A stretch of DNA of 64,000 nucleotides from NCBI GenBank assembly GCA_041483895.1, contig JBGPGO010000008.1, forward strand, positions 123,195 to 187,194, in the 5' to 3' direction. The stretch comes from Fimbriimonadia bacterium (GTDB lineage: Bacteria > Armatimonadota > Fimbriimonadia > Fimbriimonadales > JABRVX01). Position numbers and translations under genes: made by a program. Position 1 is the first letter of the stretch. The number at the start of each line of letters is the position of its first letter. Positions 38,095 to 47,446 of the stretch are shown here, one piece after another. The notes below the pieces were generated by a model that was given only the letters and a program-made list of their open reading frames with translations, was not told the origin of the DNA and did no database searches.

Positions 38095-39735
38095 GTGCGC
38101 AAGTACATCTTCGTAACCGGGGGAGTGGTCAGTTCCATCGGAAAAGGCATCGCGGCGGCGGGCATCGGGCGGCTGCTCCGGAACCGGGGCTTCAGCGTCG
38201 TGCCTGTGAAGCTCGACCCTTACATCAACGTGGACGCCGGCACCATGAACCCGTTCCAGCACGGCGAGGTGTTCGTGACCGACGACGGGACCGAGACGGA
38301 TCTGGACCTGGGCCACTACGAGCGATTTATCGACGTAAACTGCACCAAGAACTCCAGCGTCACCACCGGCAGCGTCTACGCAGCCGTCATCGCCAAGGAG
38401 CGGCGCGGCGACTATCTGGGCGCGACCGTCCAGGTCATCCCGCACATCACGGACGAGATCAAGCAGCGCATCGTCCAGGCCGGGGACGAGGCGGACGCGG
38501 ACATCGTGATCGCCGAAATCGGCGGCACGGTGGGCGACATCGAGGGCCTGCCGTTCTTGGAGGCCATACGGCAGTTCAAGAAAGACGTGGGCGCTTCGAA
38601 TGTGCTCTACGTCCACGTGACCCTGGTGCCCCAGATTGCCCCTTGGGGAGAGATAAAGACCAAGCCCACGCAGCACAGCGTGATCAAATTGCGCGAAATC
38701 GGCATCTCGCCCGACATCCTGGCCTGCCGCACCGACGTTCCGCTGGAGGATGATGTGCGGGAGAAGCTGGCGCTGTTCTGCGATGTTTCGGCCGACGCGG
38801 TATTTGAGATGTTGACCGTGGAGACGATTTATGAGGTTCCGATCGTGATGGAGGACATGGGGCTAGGCGGACTGATTTGCCAACGCTTGGAGCTTGCATG
38901 CGACGAACCGGATGTCAGCGATTGGCGGCGCATGGTTTCCATCTTGAAAGAGCCGCGGCATAGCTGCACCATCGGAGTGGTGGGGAAGTACACGGGAAAC
39001 GGGGACGCGTACAAGAGCATCGCGGAGGCGCTGACCCATGCCGGCGTTCCCAACGATACGCGCGTAAACATCGAATGGATCGAATCGGACGACCTTTCGC
39101 CAGAAGATGCGGAGCGTGTGATGCCTGGCCTGGACGGACTGATTGTCGCACCCGGATTTGGCGCTCGGGGAGTGGAAGGGAAGATCGCCGCGATTCGATA
39201 TGCTCGGGAGCATGGTGTCCCTTTCTTGGGCCTTTGCTACGGATTGCAGATGGCGATCATAGAATACGCACGCAACAAGTGTGGACTGCTGGGCGCGAAC
39301 ACGATTGAGGTGGATCCCAGTACGGATCATCCCGTCATCCATCTGATGCCGGAGCAGCGCGGCGTTAGCACCAAAGGCGGGACGATGCGATTGGGCTCGT
39401 ACGAATGCCGCCTGACGCGCGGAACGCTGGCGAACCGTCTGTACGGGAAGACAGTGATTCATGAGCGGCACCGGCACAGATATGAAGTAAATAACGAATA
39501 CCGGGACGTGCTTACGGGCGCCGGGATGGTGTTTTCAGGCGTCTCACCGGACTACAGCCTAGTCGAGATGGCGGAGGTCCCGGACCATCCATTCTTCATC
39601 GGCTGCCAATTTCATCCTGAGTTCAAGTCCCGCCCGAATCGCCCGGCGCCGCTTTTTGTCGGACTGGTTGGGGCGGCGCTGAAGCGGAGGGCCGGACGGG
39701 TTACCGAAGGGATCGCGGTTGTTGCCACCGCATGA
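38095..39735 (+). CDS. pyrG: CTP synthase
   Basis: KYIFVTGGVVSSIGKG, DPYINVDAGTMNPFQHGE, GLCYG, QFHPEF. Confidence 0.98.
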   Translation: MRKYIFVTGGVVSSIGKGIAAAGIGRLLRNRGFSVVPVKLDPYINVDAGTMNPFQHGEVFVTDDGTETDLDLGHYERFIDVNCTKNSSVTTGSVYAAVIAKERRGDYLGATVQVIPHITDEIKQRIVQAGDEADADIVIAEIGGTVGDIEGLPFLEAIRQFKKDVGASNVLYVHVTLVPQIAPWGEIKTKPTQHSVIKLREIGISPDILACRTDVPLEDDVREKLALFCDVSADAVFEMLTVETIYEVPIVMEDMGLGGLICQRLELACDEPDVSDWRRMVSILKEPRHSCTIGVVGKYTGNGDAYKSIAEALTHAGVPNDTRVNIEWIESDDLSPEDAERVMPGLDGLIVAPGFGARGVEGKIAAIRYAREHGVPFLGLCYGLQMAIIEYARNKCGLLGANTIEVDPSTDHPVIHLMPEQRGVSTKGGTMRLGSYECRLTRGTLANRLYGKTVIHERHRHRYEVNNEYRDVLTGAGMVFSGVSPDYSLVEMAEVPDHPFFIGCQFHPEFKSRPNRPAPLFVGLVGAALKRRAGRVTEGIAVVATA

Positions 39736-39789
39736 GCCGACGGGCCGAAGCATGCGCCTTGGCCCGTGATACTGATGAGCGACCGACGT

Positions 39790-40743
39790 CTACTCGCCGC
39801 AGAGAATCTCGATCCAGGGCAAGGCGGTGAAGTAGGTCACTTGCCGGTAGATCGGCTTGGAAAGATCGTGCAGGTTGTATATCTCGATGTACATGAAATC
39901 GAAGCCGCCAAGGTGCTCCGATTCTGTAACGATGACCCTTGCAACCCGCGGTGTACTCGGGCTGGCATTGATTCCTTCGTATCCTTCCAGCCAAAATTCT
40001 GCTTGATGGCCCAGGAAACCGGATGAAGTACAAGTGAAGCTGGTCAGTCTCGTGGCAGCAAATGAGACGACGGCCCCGGGAGTATTTGAAGAATACACGA
40101 AATTCTTCAGGGTGAGAGCGTCGTTTTTCCTGGACACCCAGAAGGAGGTCACGGTTTTCCCGCCCTCGTCATTCATACCGACTGCCCCGATCGGGCTGTT
40201 GACGAAAGCGACACCGTCATTAGCAGTCAGTACGGCTGCGGGAGTGTTGATGCTGCAGAAGATACGATAGGTCCCATTGAGCGTCACATAGAAGCGGCTG
40301 AAAATCGGATTTTTTAGATTGTTCGGCCTGTAGATGTCGACTTTGGAATATGTCAACGGGAAAGAAGGGTCTTGGCCGGAACTGGAATCTGTGAATGTTA
40401 GATGCATGACGGTCGGTATCGAAGATCTGCCGGGCGTAAAATCTGTAAGACCATCCACCCAGACATCTCCAACCTTTCCAAGATAGGGTTCCATATGGGC
40501 GGCAAAGGACCTGAGGACCGTTCCTTCAAATTCCATGCCGGCGCCCCCCAGATTGGCGTCCTCGTAATAGCAGCGTGTCAGAAAAGGGACTCCATTATGC
40601 TGGCCGATCCAGAGAGTAAAAAAGCCAAGGCTTTGGCGATTCGACGATCCCTCAATCTCGCCGTATGCGATAGGATCGCCACTTGCGTACAATGCGACGG
40701 ATGACAGGAACGTCACGAATAGCAAAATAACAAATCTCTTCAT
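39790..40743 (-). CDS. Secreted protein, trio paralog C (internally duplicated domain)
   Basis: Signal peptide; motifs shared with both neighbours. Confidence 0.82.
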   Translation of the reverse strand: MKRFVILLFVTFLSSVALYASGDPIAYGEIEGSSNRQSLGFFTLWIGQHNGVPFLTRCYYEDANLGGAGMEFEGTVLRSFAAHMEPYLGKVGDVWVDGLTDFTPGRSSIPTVMHLTFTDSSSGQDPSFPLTYSKVDIYRPNNLKNPIFSRFYVTLNGTYRIFCSINTPAAVLTANDGVAFVNSPIGAVGMNDEGGKTVTSFWVSRKNDALTLKNFVYSSNTPGAVVSFAATRLTSFTCTSSGFLGHQAEFWLEGYEGINASPSTPRVARVIVTESEHLGGFDFMYIEIYNLHDLSKPIYRQVTYFTALPWIEILCGE

Positions 40744-40779
40744 TTTTTCACCTCAGTCAATGCGATGACGTGATTCTCG

Positions 40780-41736
40780 CTAATCGCCACATAGGATATC
40801 GAGCGTGCCAATCGTCGGATTAAGGTAACTGACTATCTGGCTGATGGGCCGTGATAGATTCTGCGGCTTGTAGAGCGCCACGTAGAGAAAATCGATCCCT
40901 TTTGAATCCTCCGTATCCGTGACAATGACATGTGCAATCACAGGCGTGCCGATGACAGTCCCATTCGTTGCAACTTTCCCTTCGACCCAAATGTCCGCGA
41001 CTTTTCCGAGGAATCCGTCATTGCCGCATTGGAATGACAGCGGCCTGGCGCCATCGAAATACAAAGTGCCTTTTGGATTGGTTGCAAAATATTCAAGTTT
41101 GTGTAATTCCAAAGTGGCATTGGAAGACATCCAAATGCGGAAGTTCGTGTCGCCGGACAGATCATTCATGCCGCTGACGCCCTTGCCGGTGGTAAAGATC
41201 AGGCCATGTTTTGAATCCGTCTTGGCAAGGGGCGGATCGACCGGCGTACAGAGAATCCGCAAAGTACTATTCAGATCGATCAAAAATCGGCTATGGAGCG
41301 AATTTGCGAGGTTATTCGGATGATAGATATCGACTTGAGCGTAAGTGTACGGTGTGATAACGTAGGTGTTCGGAGCAGAATCGTTGAAGACCAGGTGAAG
41401 CACTCTTGGCACATAACTTCCGGATGGAATAGTGTAGACATATCCATCCACCCAAGCGTCCCCAACTTTGCCGAGAAAAGAATCGTTTCTACAAGTGAAG
41501 GAACGGAGCCGGGTTCCGTGAAAATAGATGCCGGCTAGATTGATGCTGACATCCGTATATTCGAGAAAGCCAAGGATTGGGCCGGTCGGGCAGTCTCCGA
41601 TCCAAAGACTGAGAACTGCGGTGGTACCGCGATTAGTAGCCACAGGCAGAAGCTCACCGTACGCCACCGCCTTGCTGTCGGCAATCGACATAGCCGACAA
41701 CTGAATAGCGAACGCCACTGCCAATAGTAATTTCAT
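40780..41736 (-). CDS. Secreted protein, trio paralog B
   Basis: Signal peptide; RLRSF.C...FLGKVGDAWVDG. Confidence 0.82.
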   Translation of the reverse strand: MKLLLAVAFAIQLSAMSIADSKAVAYGELLPVATNRGTTAVLSLWIGDCPTGPILGFLEYTDVSINLAGIYFHGTRLRSFTCRNDSFLGKVGDAWVDGYVYTIPSGSYVPRVLHLVFNDSAPNTYVITPYTYAQVDIYHPNNLANSLHSRFLIDLNSTLRILCTPVDPPLAKTDSKHGLIFTTGKGVSGMNDLSGDTNFRIWMSSNATLELHKLEYFATNPKGTLYFDGARPLSFQCGNDGFLGKVADIWVEGKVATNGTVIGTPVIAHVIVTDTEDSKGIDFLYVALYKPQNLSRPISQIVSYLNPTIGTLDILCGD

Positions 41737-41802
41737 CGCGCACTTCCCCCCAATCGTCGAACCACTGAAATGATATCACGCAAAACTAACCGCTGCAACA
41801 AC

Positions 41803-41818
41803 TACTGCTACTAGGTTT
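41803..41818 (-). promoter_or_regulatory. Conserved 16-bp upstream motif AAACCTAGTAGCAGTA
   Basis: Identical copy at 42941-42956 upstream of paralog A. Confidence 0.55.
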
Positions 41819-41883
41819 ATCGATGTTATTATGACTAGGACCGGAGCGGATGCTCCGGCCCAATGTCGAGGAGGGACAGGAAA

Positions 41884-42852
41884 TCAATCGCTGCACAGAA
41901 TGTGAACGGGATCGCCCCTGTTACCGATGTAGCTGACCTGCTGATAGATCGGTTCAGTTAGGTTCTGAGTTCGGTATATGGCGACGTACATAAAGTTAAC
42001 GCCGTTTGGATTTTCCGTATCGGTAACGATGACTCGCATAAGACGTGGAGTACCGACTATTTTGTCATTGATCACTTCTCTGCCTTCCAGCCAGAATTCA
42101 GATTGCTTCCCAAAGAAGCCGTGATCTGTGCACTCAAATGACCAAATACGATCCCCTATGAATGCAACTGTCACTTTCGGAGATGACGCACCATAGACGA
42201 AGCGGTGCAATGTTAGATTGCCATTGCTATCCTTGGAAACCCAGAAACTAGTTACGGTTTTGCCGCCTTCATCGTTCATTCCGCCTGCGCCGCGCGGCCC
42301 GGTCAGAGCGGCGCCACTGTTGGCAGGAGCGCCGTCAGATGTAACCATCGGAGGACAATTGCCGAGAATCCGCATAGTTGCGTTGAGGCAGACGATAAAT
42401 CGACTGTGAAGCGACTTTGTCAGATCGTTTGGCTTGTAGATATCAACCTGGGCGTATGTGAACGGAGTCAATACCAAGAAGTTTGACTCGGAGTCGGTGA
42501 ATACAAGATGCAGAACTCTCGGCACAACGCTGAGGCCCGGGACCGTTGCTCCATAGCCTTCCAACCACGCATCGCCGACTTTCCCTACAAAAGGTCTCTT
42601 TGAGCAACTGAATGATCGAAGCCTCGTTGCCACAAATATGGAAGCGACGTTATTGGAGTTGACGTCGGCGTATTCATAACTGCCGAGCAAGGGGGTTTTG
42701 CCATTCTCCGCAAACCAAAACTGCATGGCGGCTGTGGTTCCATGATTGGTACCGCCAAGGAGTACACCGTAAGCTAACGGATCACTGCCGCCCTGCGCGA
42801 ATGCGGCTGCTGAAACTACCAGCGCGGAAAGCGCCAGTGAAATCTTTTTCAT
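41884..42852 (-). CDS. Secreted protein, trio paralog A
   Basis: Signal peptide MKKISLALSALVVSAAAFA. Confidence 0.82.
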   Translation of the reverse strand: MKKISLALSALVVSAAAFAQGGSDPLAYGVLLGGTNHGTTAAMQFWFAENGKTPLLGSYEYADVNSNNVASIFVATRLRSFSCSKRPFVGKVGDAWLEGYGATVPGLSVVPRVLHLVFTDSESNFLVLTPFTYAQVDIYKPNDLTKSLHSRFIVCLNATMRILGNCPPMVTSDGAPANSGAALTGPRGAGGMNDEGGKTVTSFWVSKDSNGNLTLHRFVYGASSPKVTVAFIGDRIWSFECTDHGFFGKQSEFWLEGREVINDKIVGTPRLMRVIVTDTENPNGVNFMYVAIYRTQNLTEPIYQQVSYIGNRGDPVHILCSD

Positions 42853-42940
42853 TTCCTTTCACCTCATGGCTGCATCATAATACTGTTATGCAGACCTGCT
42901 GGTAGGCATACTATCATGAGAATCCTGCTGATACACTAAT

Positions 42941-42956
42941 TACTGCTACTAGGTTT
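42941..42956 (-). promoter_or_regulatory. Second copy of AAACCTAGTAGCAGTA
   Basis: Identical to 41803-41818. Confidence 0.55.
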
Positions 42957-43048
42957 GCTTGCCTACGCCATAACCGGCGCCAAGTTCCCGGAAATCTACG
43001 ATCAGGAATTCTTGCAGGAATGCCTTGATCGGCGTCCAATGGGAGTGC

Positions 43049-43351
43049 ATGAACGATGAAATCAGCCGAAGAGAATTTGTTCGACGGGCCGGTGTCGGTC
43101 TCGCCGCGGTCGCCGCAGGCGCTCTAGTCCACGGCCAAGTATCGGGAGACGACACGCCGGATCCGGCCTTTGATGCGTTGGAAAAGAAGCTGGCGAAGCC
43201 ACTGTCTGAGGAGGCGCGAAAGTTGACGCGGGCCTCAATGCGAAGCAACGTCCGGTCCGCGGTAGCGAGAGACCAGCACAGGTTGCCCGAAAACAGCGAG
43301 CCCTGTTTCGTCTATCTCCCAACACCACACGAAGGGAAGGCAAAACGATGA
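43049..43351 (+). CDS. Small Tat-signal protein, possible GatC/AtzG-like amidase partner
   Basis: ISRREFVRRAG twin-arginine motif plus hydrophobic stretch; C-terminal LPENSEPCFVY; ATGA overlap with the amidase. Confidence 0.7.
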   Translation: MNDEISRREFVRRAGVGLAAVAAGALVHGQVSGDDTPDPAFDALEKKLAKPLSEEARKLTRASMRSNVRSAVARDQHRLPENSEPCFVYLPTPHEGKAKR

Positions 43352-44700
43352 TCGATCCCTTCGACTCCATCACTGATGTGGCTGCCGCTCTCCGGTCGAA
43401 GAAGGTTTCGTCTGTAGAACTTACAAAGGCGAGTCTCGAGCGGCTCAAAACCATGGGCCGCGAACACAATGCCGTCGCCGAGCTGACCGAAGAACTGGCA
43501 ATGAGACAGGCCCAGGCGGCAGACCGAACCCCTGGGAAGAGTCCCCTGCATGGGATTCCCTTTGGCGTCAAGGACCTCCTGGCGACCAAAGGCATTCCCA
43601 CGCGATGGGGTTCCCCCGGCCACATGGATCAGGTATTCGACTACGACGCAACTCCAGTCGCGCGGCTGCAAGATGTCGGCGGCGTTTTGGTCGCCAAGCT
43701 CGCGATGATTGAGCTGGCAGGGGGAGGGAACTATAACGTTGCTAATGCCAGCCACTCGGGGCCGTGCAAGTCGGCGTGGGACAAGAATCGCTGGGCGGGC
43801 GGGTCCAGCAGCGGCTCAGGCGCCGCGACCGCCCTCGGCTGCGTCACATACAGTTTGGGCAGCGAAACCAGCGGCAGCATCACCTGCCCGAGCGCCTTCA
43901 ACGGTCTCACCGGTTTCCGGCCCACCTATGGCCGCGTAAGCCGGCATGGCGCGATGGCGCTCTGCTGGACACTCGACAAGATCGGTGCGATGGCTCGGTC
44001 GGCGGAAGATTGCGGCATTGTCCTTGAGGCCATCGCTGGACCGGACCCCAAAGATCCGAGTACTACCAGGGAAAAACTGAACCTTCGCAAACGAGCCCCA
44101 AGACCCAGAATCGGTCTGCTCAAAGAAAACTTCGCGAAGGGCAGCGCGTGCGAAAAGGCCTATCAGAATGCATTGACTGCGTTCAAAAAGCTGGGATACG
44201 AGACGGTGGATGTCGCCTATCCCAACCTGCCGTATGGGCTGGCTGTCGGCCTCATTGTGGATGCGGAAGGGGCAAGCGCCCACGAGCATTTTATCCGTAG
44301 CGACCGGCTTTCGCTCCTTAGGGATATCAATCAAGTTGCTGGCTTCGCTGCCTCATTGGATACCCGTGCGGTTGACTATCTATGGGCGATGCGGTTGCGG
44401 ACAGAGGCGCTCAAGGCCAACGAGATCTGGGACAAGTGCGACTGCATCTTTTCGCCGGTCTTTTACAAATGCGCTCCGCCGATCGATGAGCCGTTTGATA
44501 AGGGTTTTCAGGGCATGGGTGGAGATGAAGGGCCGTCGAATCTGCTCGGCTGGCCGGCGATGGCATTCCCAATGGGTTTCGAGAACGGCTGCCCGTTGGG
44601 CGGCCAGATCATTGCGCCGGCCTATCGCGAGGACACCTGCTACCGCGCCGTGAGAGATTTTCAGCGAGCAACCGATTGGCACAAGAGACATCCGACTTAG
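43348..44700 (+). CDS. Amidase signature family (GatA-like) enzyme
   Basis: GIPFGVKDL, GGSSSGSG, GSETSGSITCPS, RPTYGRVSR. Confidence 0.93.
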   Translation: MIDPFDSITDVAAALRSKKVSSVELTKASLERLKTMGREHNAVAELTEELAMRQAQAADRTPGKSPLHGIPFGVKDLLATKGIPTRWGSPGHMDQVFDYDATPVARLQDVGGVLVAKLAMIELAGGGNYNVANASHSGPCKSAWDKNRWAGGSSSGSGAATALGCVTYSLGSETSGSITCPSAFNGLTGFRPTYGRVSRHGAMALCWTLDKIGAMARSAEDCGIVLEAIAGPDPKDPSTTREKLNLRKRAPRPRIGLLKENFAKGSACEKAYQNALTAFKKLGYETVDVAYPNLPYGLAVGLIVDAEGASAHEHFIRSDRLSLLRDINQVAGFAASLDTRAVDYLWAMRLRTEALKANEIWDKCDCIFSPVFYKCAPPIDEPFDKGFQGMGGDEGPSNLLGWPAMAFPMGFENGCPLGGQIIAPAYREDTCYRAVRDFQRATDWHKRHPT

Positions 44701-44812
44701 ATCTGGGCACGAGTTCGGCTCTTCCTGTAAAACGCTGTTGTATAATTGTTACAGTACAAACATGCCCAAGTTTTCATAGTTCGAGTTAGTGATAAGGAGA
44801 AGGAGTCGGGTA

Positions 44813-47446
44813 ATGAACATAAACCGAAGGCGAAATGACAGATCTGCATTGTGTGTCGTATTGACCTTGATCCTGTTGCCCACGTTCGTGCTTGGACAAA
44901 ATAAGCGCGTGTGGTGTTGGGGTACAAATGGACCAGAAACTCTTGGCATCTCGAATCAATCCTTCACGCCATTTACCTCGCCAGTTTTTCGGAATGTGGT
45001 CAAATGCGCTCTGGCAGAGCATGTGATTGTGTTGACCGCGGGCGGCACTGTTTGGTCAAGCGGCAGGAACGACCTTGGCCAACTAGGTGATGGCACCAAA
45101 ATCCATCGGTCGGTTCCTGTGCAAGTCCCTGGGCTCAAAGATGTCGTTAGCGTAGCTGTCGGCGATTTTCACAGCTTCGCATTACGGCGAGATGGGACGG
45201 TTTGGGCATGGGGAAGCAATGGCTACGGCGGTCAGCTCGGAAACGGAACGAACAAGGATAGTTCTATTCCGGTGCAGACCATTGGGTTGTCGAACATCGT
45301 CGCCATCGCTGCCGGAGGCACTTTCAGTCTCGCCCTCCGAGCTGACGGCACGGTGTGGGCGTGGGGCTCGAATAATCATGGGTCCCTTGGCAATGGGACG
45401 ACCAAATCCAGCAATGTACCAGTCCAGGTTTCCGGCGTTTCGGATGCCGTATCGATTGTGGCCGGGGCCCAGCATGCATTGGCGGTGAGAAGCGATGGCA
45501 CCGTCCTTGCATGGGGCTGGAACCTGCGTGGCCAATTGGGTGACGGTACCACCACCGATCAGTATTCACCCGTTACTGTTGCATCTATTTCAGGCGTCAC
45601 AGTTGTTAGCGGTGGCTGGTACCACACGCTTGCAGTGACCCAAACGGGTGTAGTCTACGCGTGGGGCGACAACTCAAACGGCCAACTAGGACGAACTGGA
45701 AGTGGTAGTTCAATTCCCATTCAAGTGGATGGACTCTCCTCATGCAAGGCTGTTGGATGCGGTTCTTTGAGCAGCTTTGTTGTCAACCAATCGGGCACTG
45801 GTTGGGCCTGGGGATCGAATTCATCCGGTCAGCTCGGCAACGGTACAAACAAAGATGCAGCAACGCCGACACCGATCATAGGATTGGCGAATGCAACTGC
45901 AATCTCTTGCGGAGGGTCAACGTCCATGGCTGTGCTGAACAACGGACAGCTCGCCATTTGGGGTAGTTCCGGCTACGGAGAATTCGCTGCCGGCAGTTCA
46001 TTTTGCTCATGCGTGCCACTACGCTTTGACCAGCTCTCCAATGTCGTTTCGGTCTCTGCGGGCTATTATCATTGTATGGCAGCGCTTGGCGACGGCATGG
46101 TTTGGTCTTGGGGAGCCGAAGCTTATGGAAGTCTGGGAGACGGTACCACGAAGCGGAGCCCCGATCCGGTGCCCGCCCTAGGACTGACCGACTGCCGCGA
46201 AGTATCGGCGGGCGCGTTTTTCAGCCTCGCACTAAAGCGGGATGGCACCGTGTGGGCCTGGGGTGCAAATTCGGTTGGTCAATTGGGTAACGGATCTAAA
46301 ACCGATGCCGCAACTCCAACAATGATCCCAGATCTTTCGGATGTAATTGCAATTTCCGCCGGTTGGGCGCACGGAATGGCTCTCAAGCGAGACGGTACCG
46401 TGTGGACCTGGGGGGCAAACGATTATGGTCAGCTCGGAACCGGGTCAACATCCCCGAGCCCCGTTCCGGTCCAAGTTACTACGATTTCAAATACCGTGGC
46501 GATCGATGCAGGAGACTTTTGCAGCTTCGCGGTGCTATCCGATGGCTCCTTATGGGCATGGGGTTCCAATTTCCAAGGGGTCCTCGGCGACGGAACGACG
46601 ACGAACCGTCTCTCACCCGTCCTGATCACCGCTCTATCCAACGTTGTTTCGGTGGCTGGAGGCGGCCAGCACAGCATGGCATTGGAGGGCGATGGCACGG
46701 TGTGGGCTTGGGGAAACAATGGTTGGGGCCAGCTGGGAAACGGTACGACTACTGCGAGCCGAGTTCCAATCCAAGTACCGAATCTGCATGACGTCACCGC
46801 AATAGCTGCGGAGGATTTTGAAAGTCTTGCCTTGAAAAATGATGGATCAGTCGTGGCCTGGGGGGGGAACATCTTTGGCGAGATAGGTAACGGGAATTTC
46901 AATCGGCAGCTGACCCCAGTTCCTGTGGTAGGACTGGTTGGTGTTTCCAAAATAGCCTGTGGCGGTTACCATTGCTTGGCGGTTACAGATTCTTGTAGCG
47001 AATGCACTCTTAAATTGAACTTGCAGCAGCATGACGGCCCCGCATGCAATTTCTCTTTACTGGACATCGACGGAATAGAGATTGGCCCTACTCCTTATGA
47101 CCCAACTGCGCCAAATGCCGGACTGATCAAAGTTCCATTGTCAACGACAGGATTTCATACCATTCGGGTAAAGCCAGTTGGATACCTCGCATCGCGCCTT
47201 TCGTCTATTGATTCCTCCGGTGATGTGTCGCTCTCCTTGGACGGACCGTATGGCGACGGACTAGTTGGAGGCGATGCCGACGGCGATAATGCAATTCTAG
47301 CTACTGACCTTGCAGCCGTATTAGTCGCCTTCGGGCAAGCCTGGGCAGGAGGAAGCAATTATGCCGACGCCACGGGGGACGGACTCATCAACTTGTGCGA
47401 TCTTAATGAAGTTATGTGCAACTACGAGGAGGTTGGCGATCCCTAG
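44813..47446 (+). CDS. Secreted RCC1/BLIP-II repeat protein with C-terminal dockerin-like module
   Basis: Many DGTVWAWG.N..GQLG.G repeats; tail GGDADGDNAILATD...DATGDGLINLCDLN. Confidence 0.9.
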   Translation: MNINRRRNDRSALCVVLTLILLPTFVLGQNKRVWCWGTNGPETLGISNQSFTPFTSPVFRNVVKCALAEHVIVLTAGGTVWSSGRNDLGQLGDGTKIHRSVPVQVPGLKDVVSVAVGDFHSFALRRDGTVWAWGSNGYGGQLGNGTNKDSSIPVQTIGLSNIVAIAAGGTFSLALRADGTVWAWGSNNHGSLGNGTTKSSNVPVQVSGVSDAVSIVAGAQHALAVRSDGTVLAWGWNLRGQLGDGTTTDQYSPVTVASISGVTVVSGGWYHTLAVTQTGVVYAWGDNSNGQLGRTGSGSSIPIQVDGLSSCKAVGCGSLSSFVVNQSGTGWAWGSNSSGQLGNGTNKDAATPTPIIGLANATAISCGGSTSMAVLNNGQLAIWGSSGYGEFAAGSSFCSCVPLRFDQLSNVVSVSAGYYHCMAALGDGMVWSWGAEAYGSLGDGTTKRSPDPVPALGLTDCREVSAGAFFSLALKRDGTVWAWGANSVGQLGNGSKTDAATPTMIPDLSDVIAISAGWAHGMALKRDGTVWTWGANDYGQLGTGSTSPSPVPVQVTTISNTVAIDAGDFCSFAVLSDGSLWAWGSNFQGVLGDGTTTNRLSPVLITALSNVVSVAGGGQHSMALEGDGTVWAWGNNGWGQLGNGTTTASRVPIQVPNLHDVTAIAAEDFESLALKNDGSVVAWGGNIFGEIGNGNFNRQLTPVPVVGLVGVSKIACGGYHCLAVTDSCSECTLKLNLQQHDGPACNFSLLDIDGIEIGPTPYDPTAPNAGLIKVPLSTTGFHTIRVKPVGYLASRLSSIDSSGDVSLSLDGPYGDGLVGGDADGDNAILATDLAAVLVAFGQAWAGGSNYADATGDGLINLCDLNEVMCNYEEVGDP

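Noticed and set aside
43348..44700. Calling the amidase gatA
   Set aside because: No adjacent gatB, and the partner carries a Tat signal; a general amidase is more likely.
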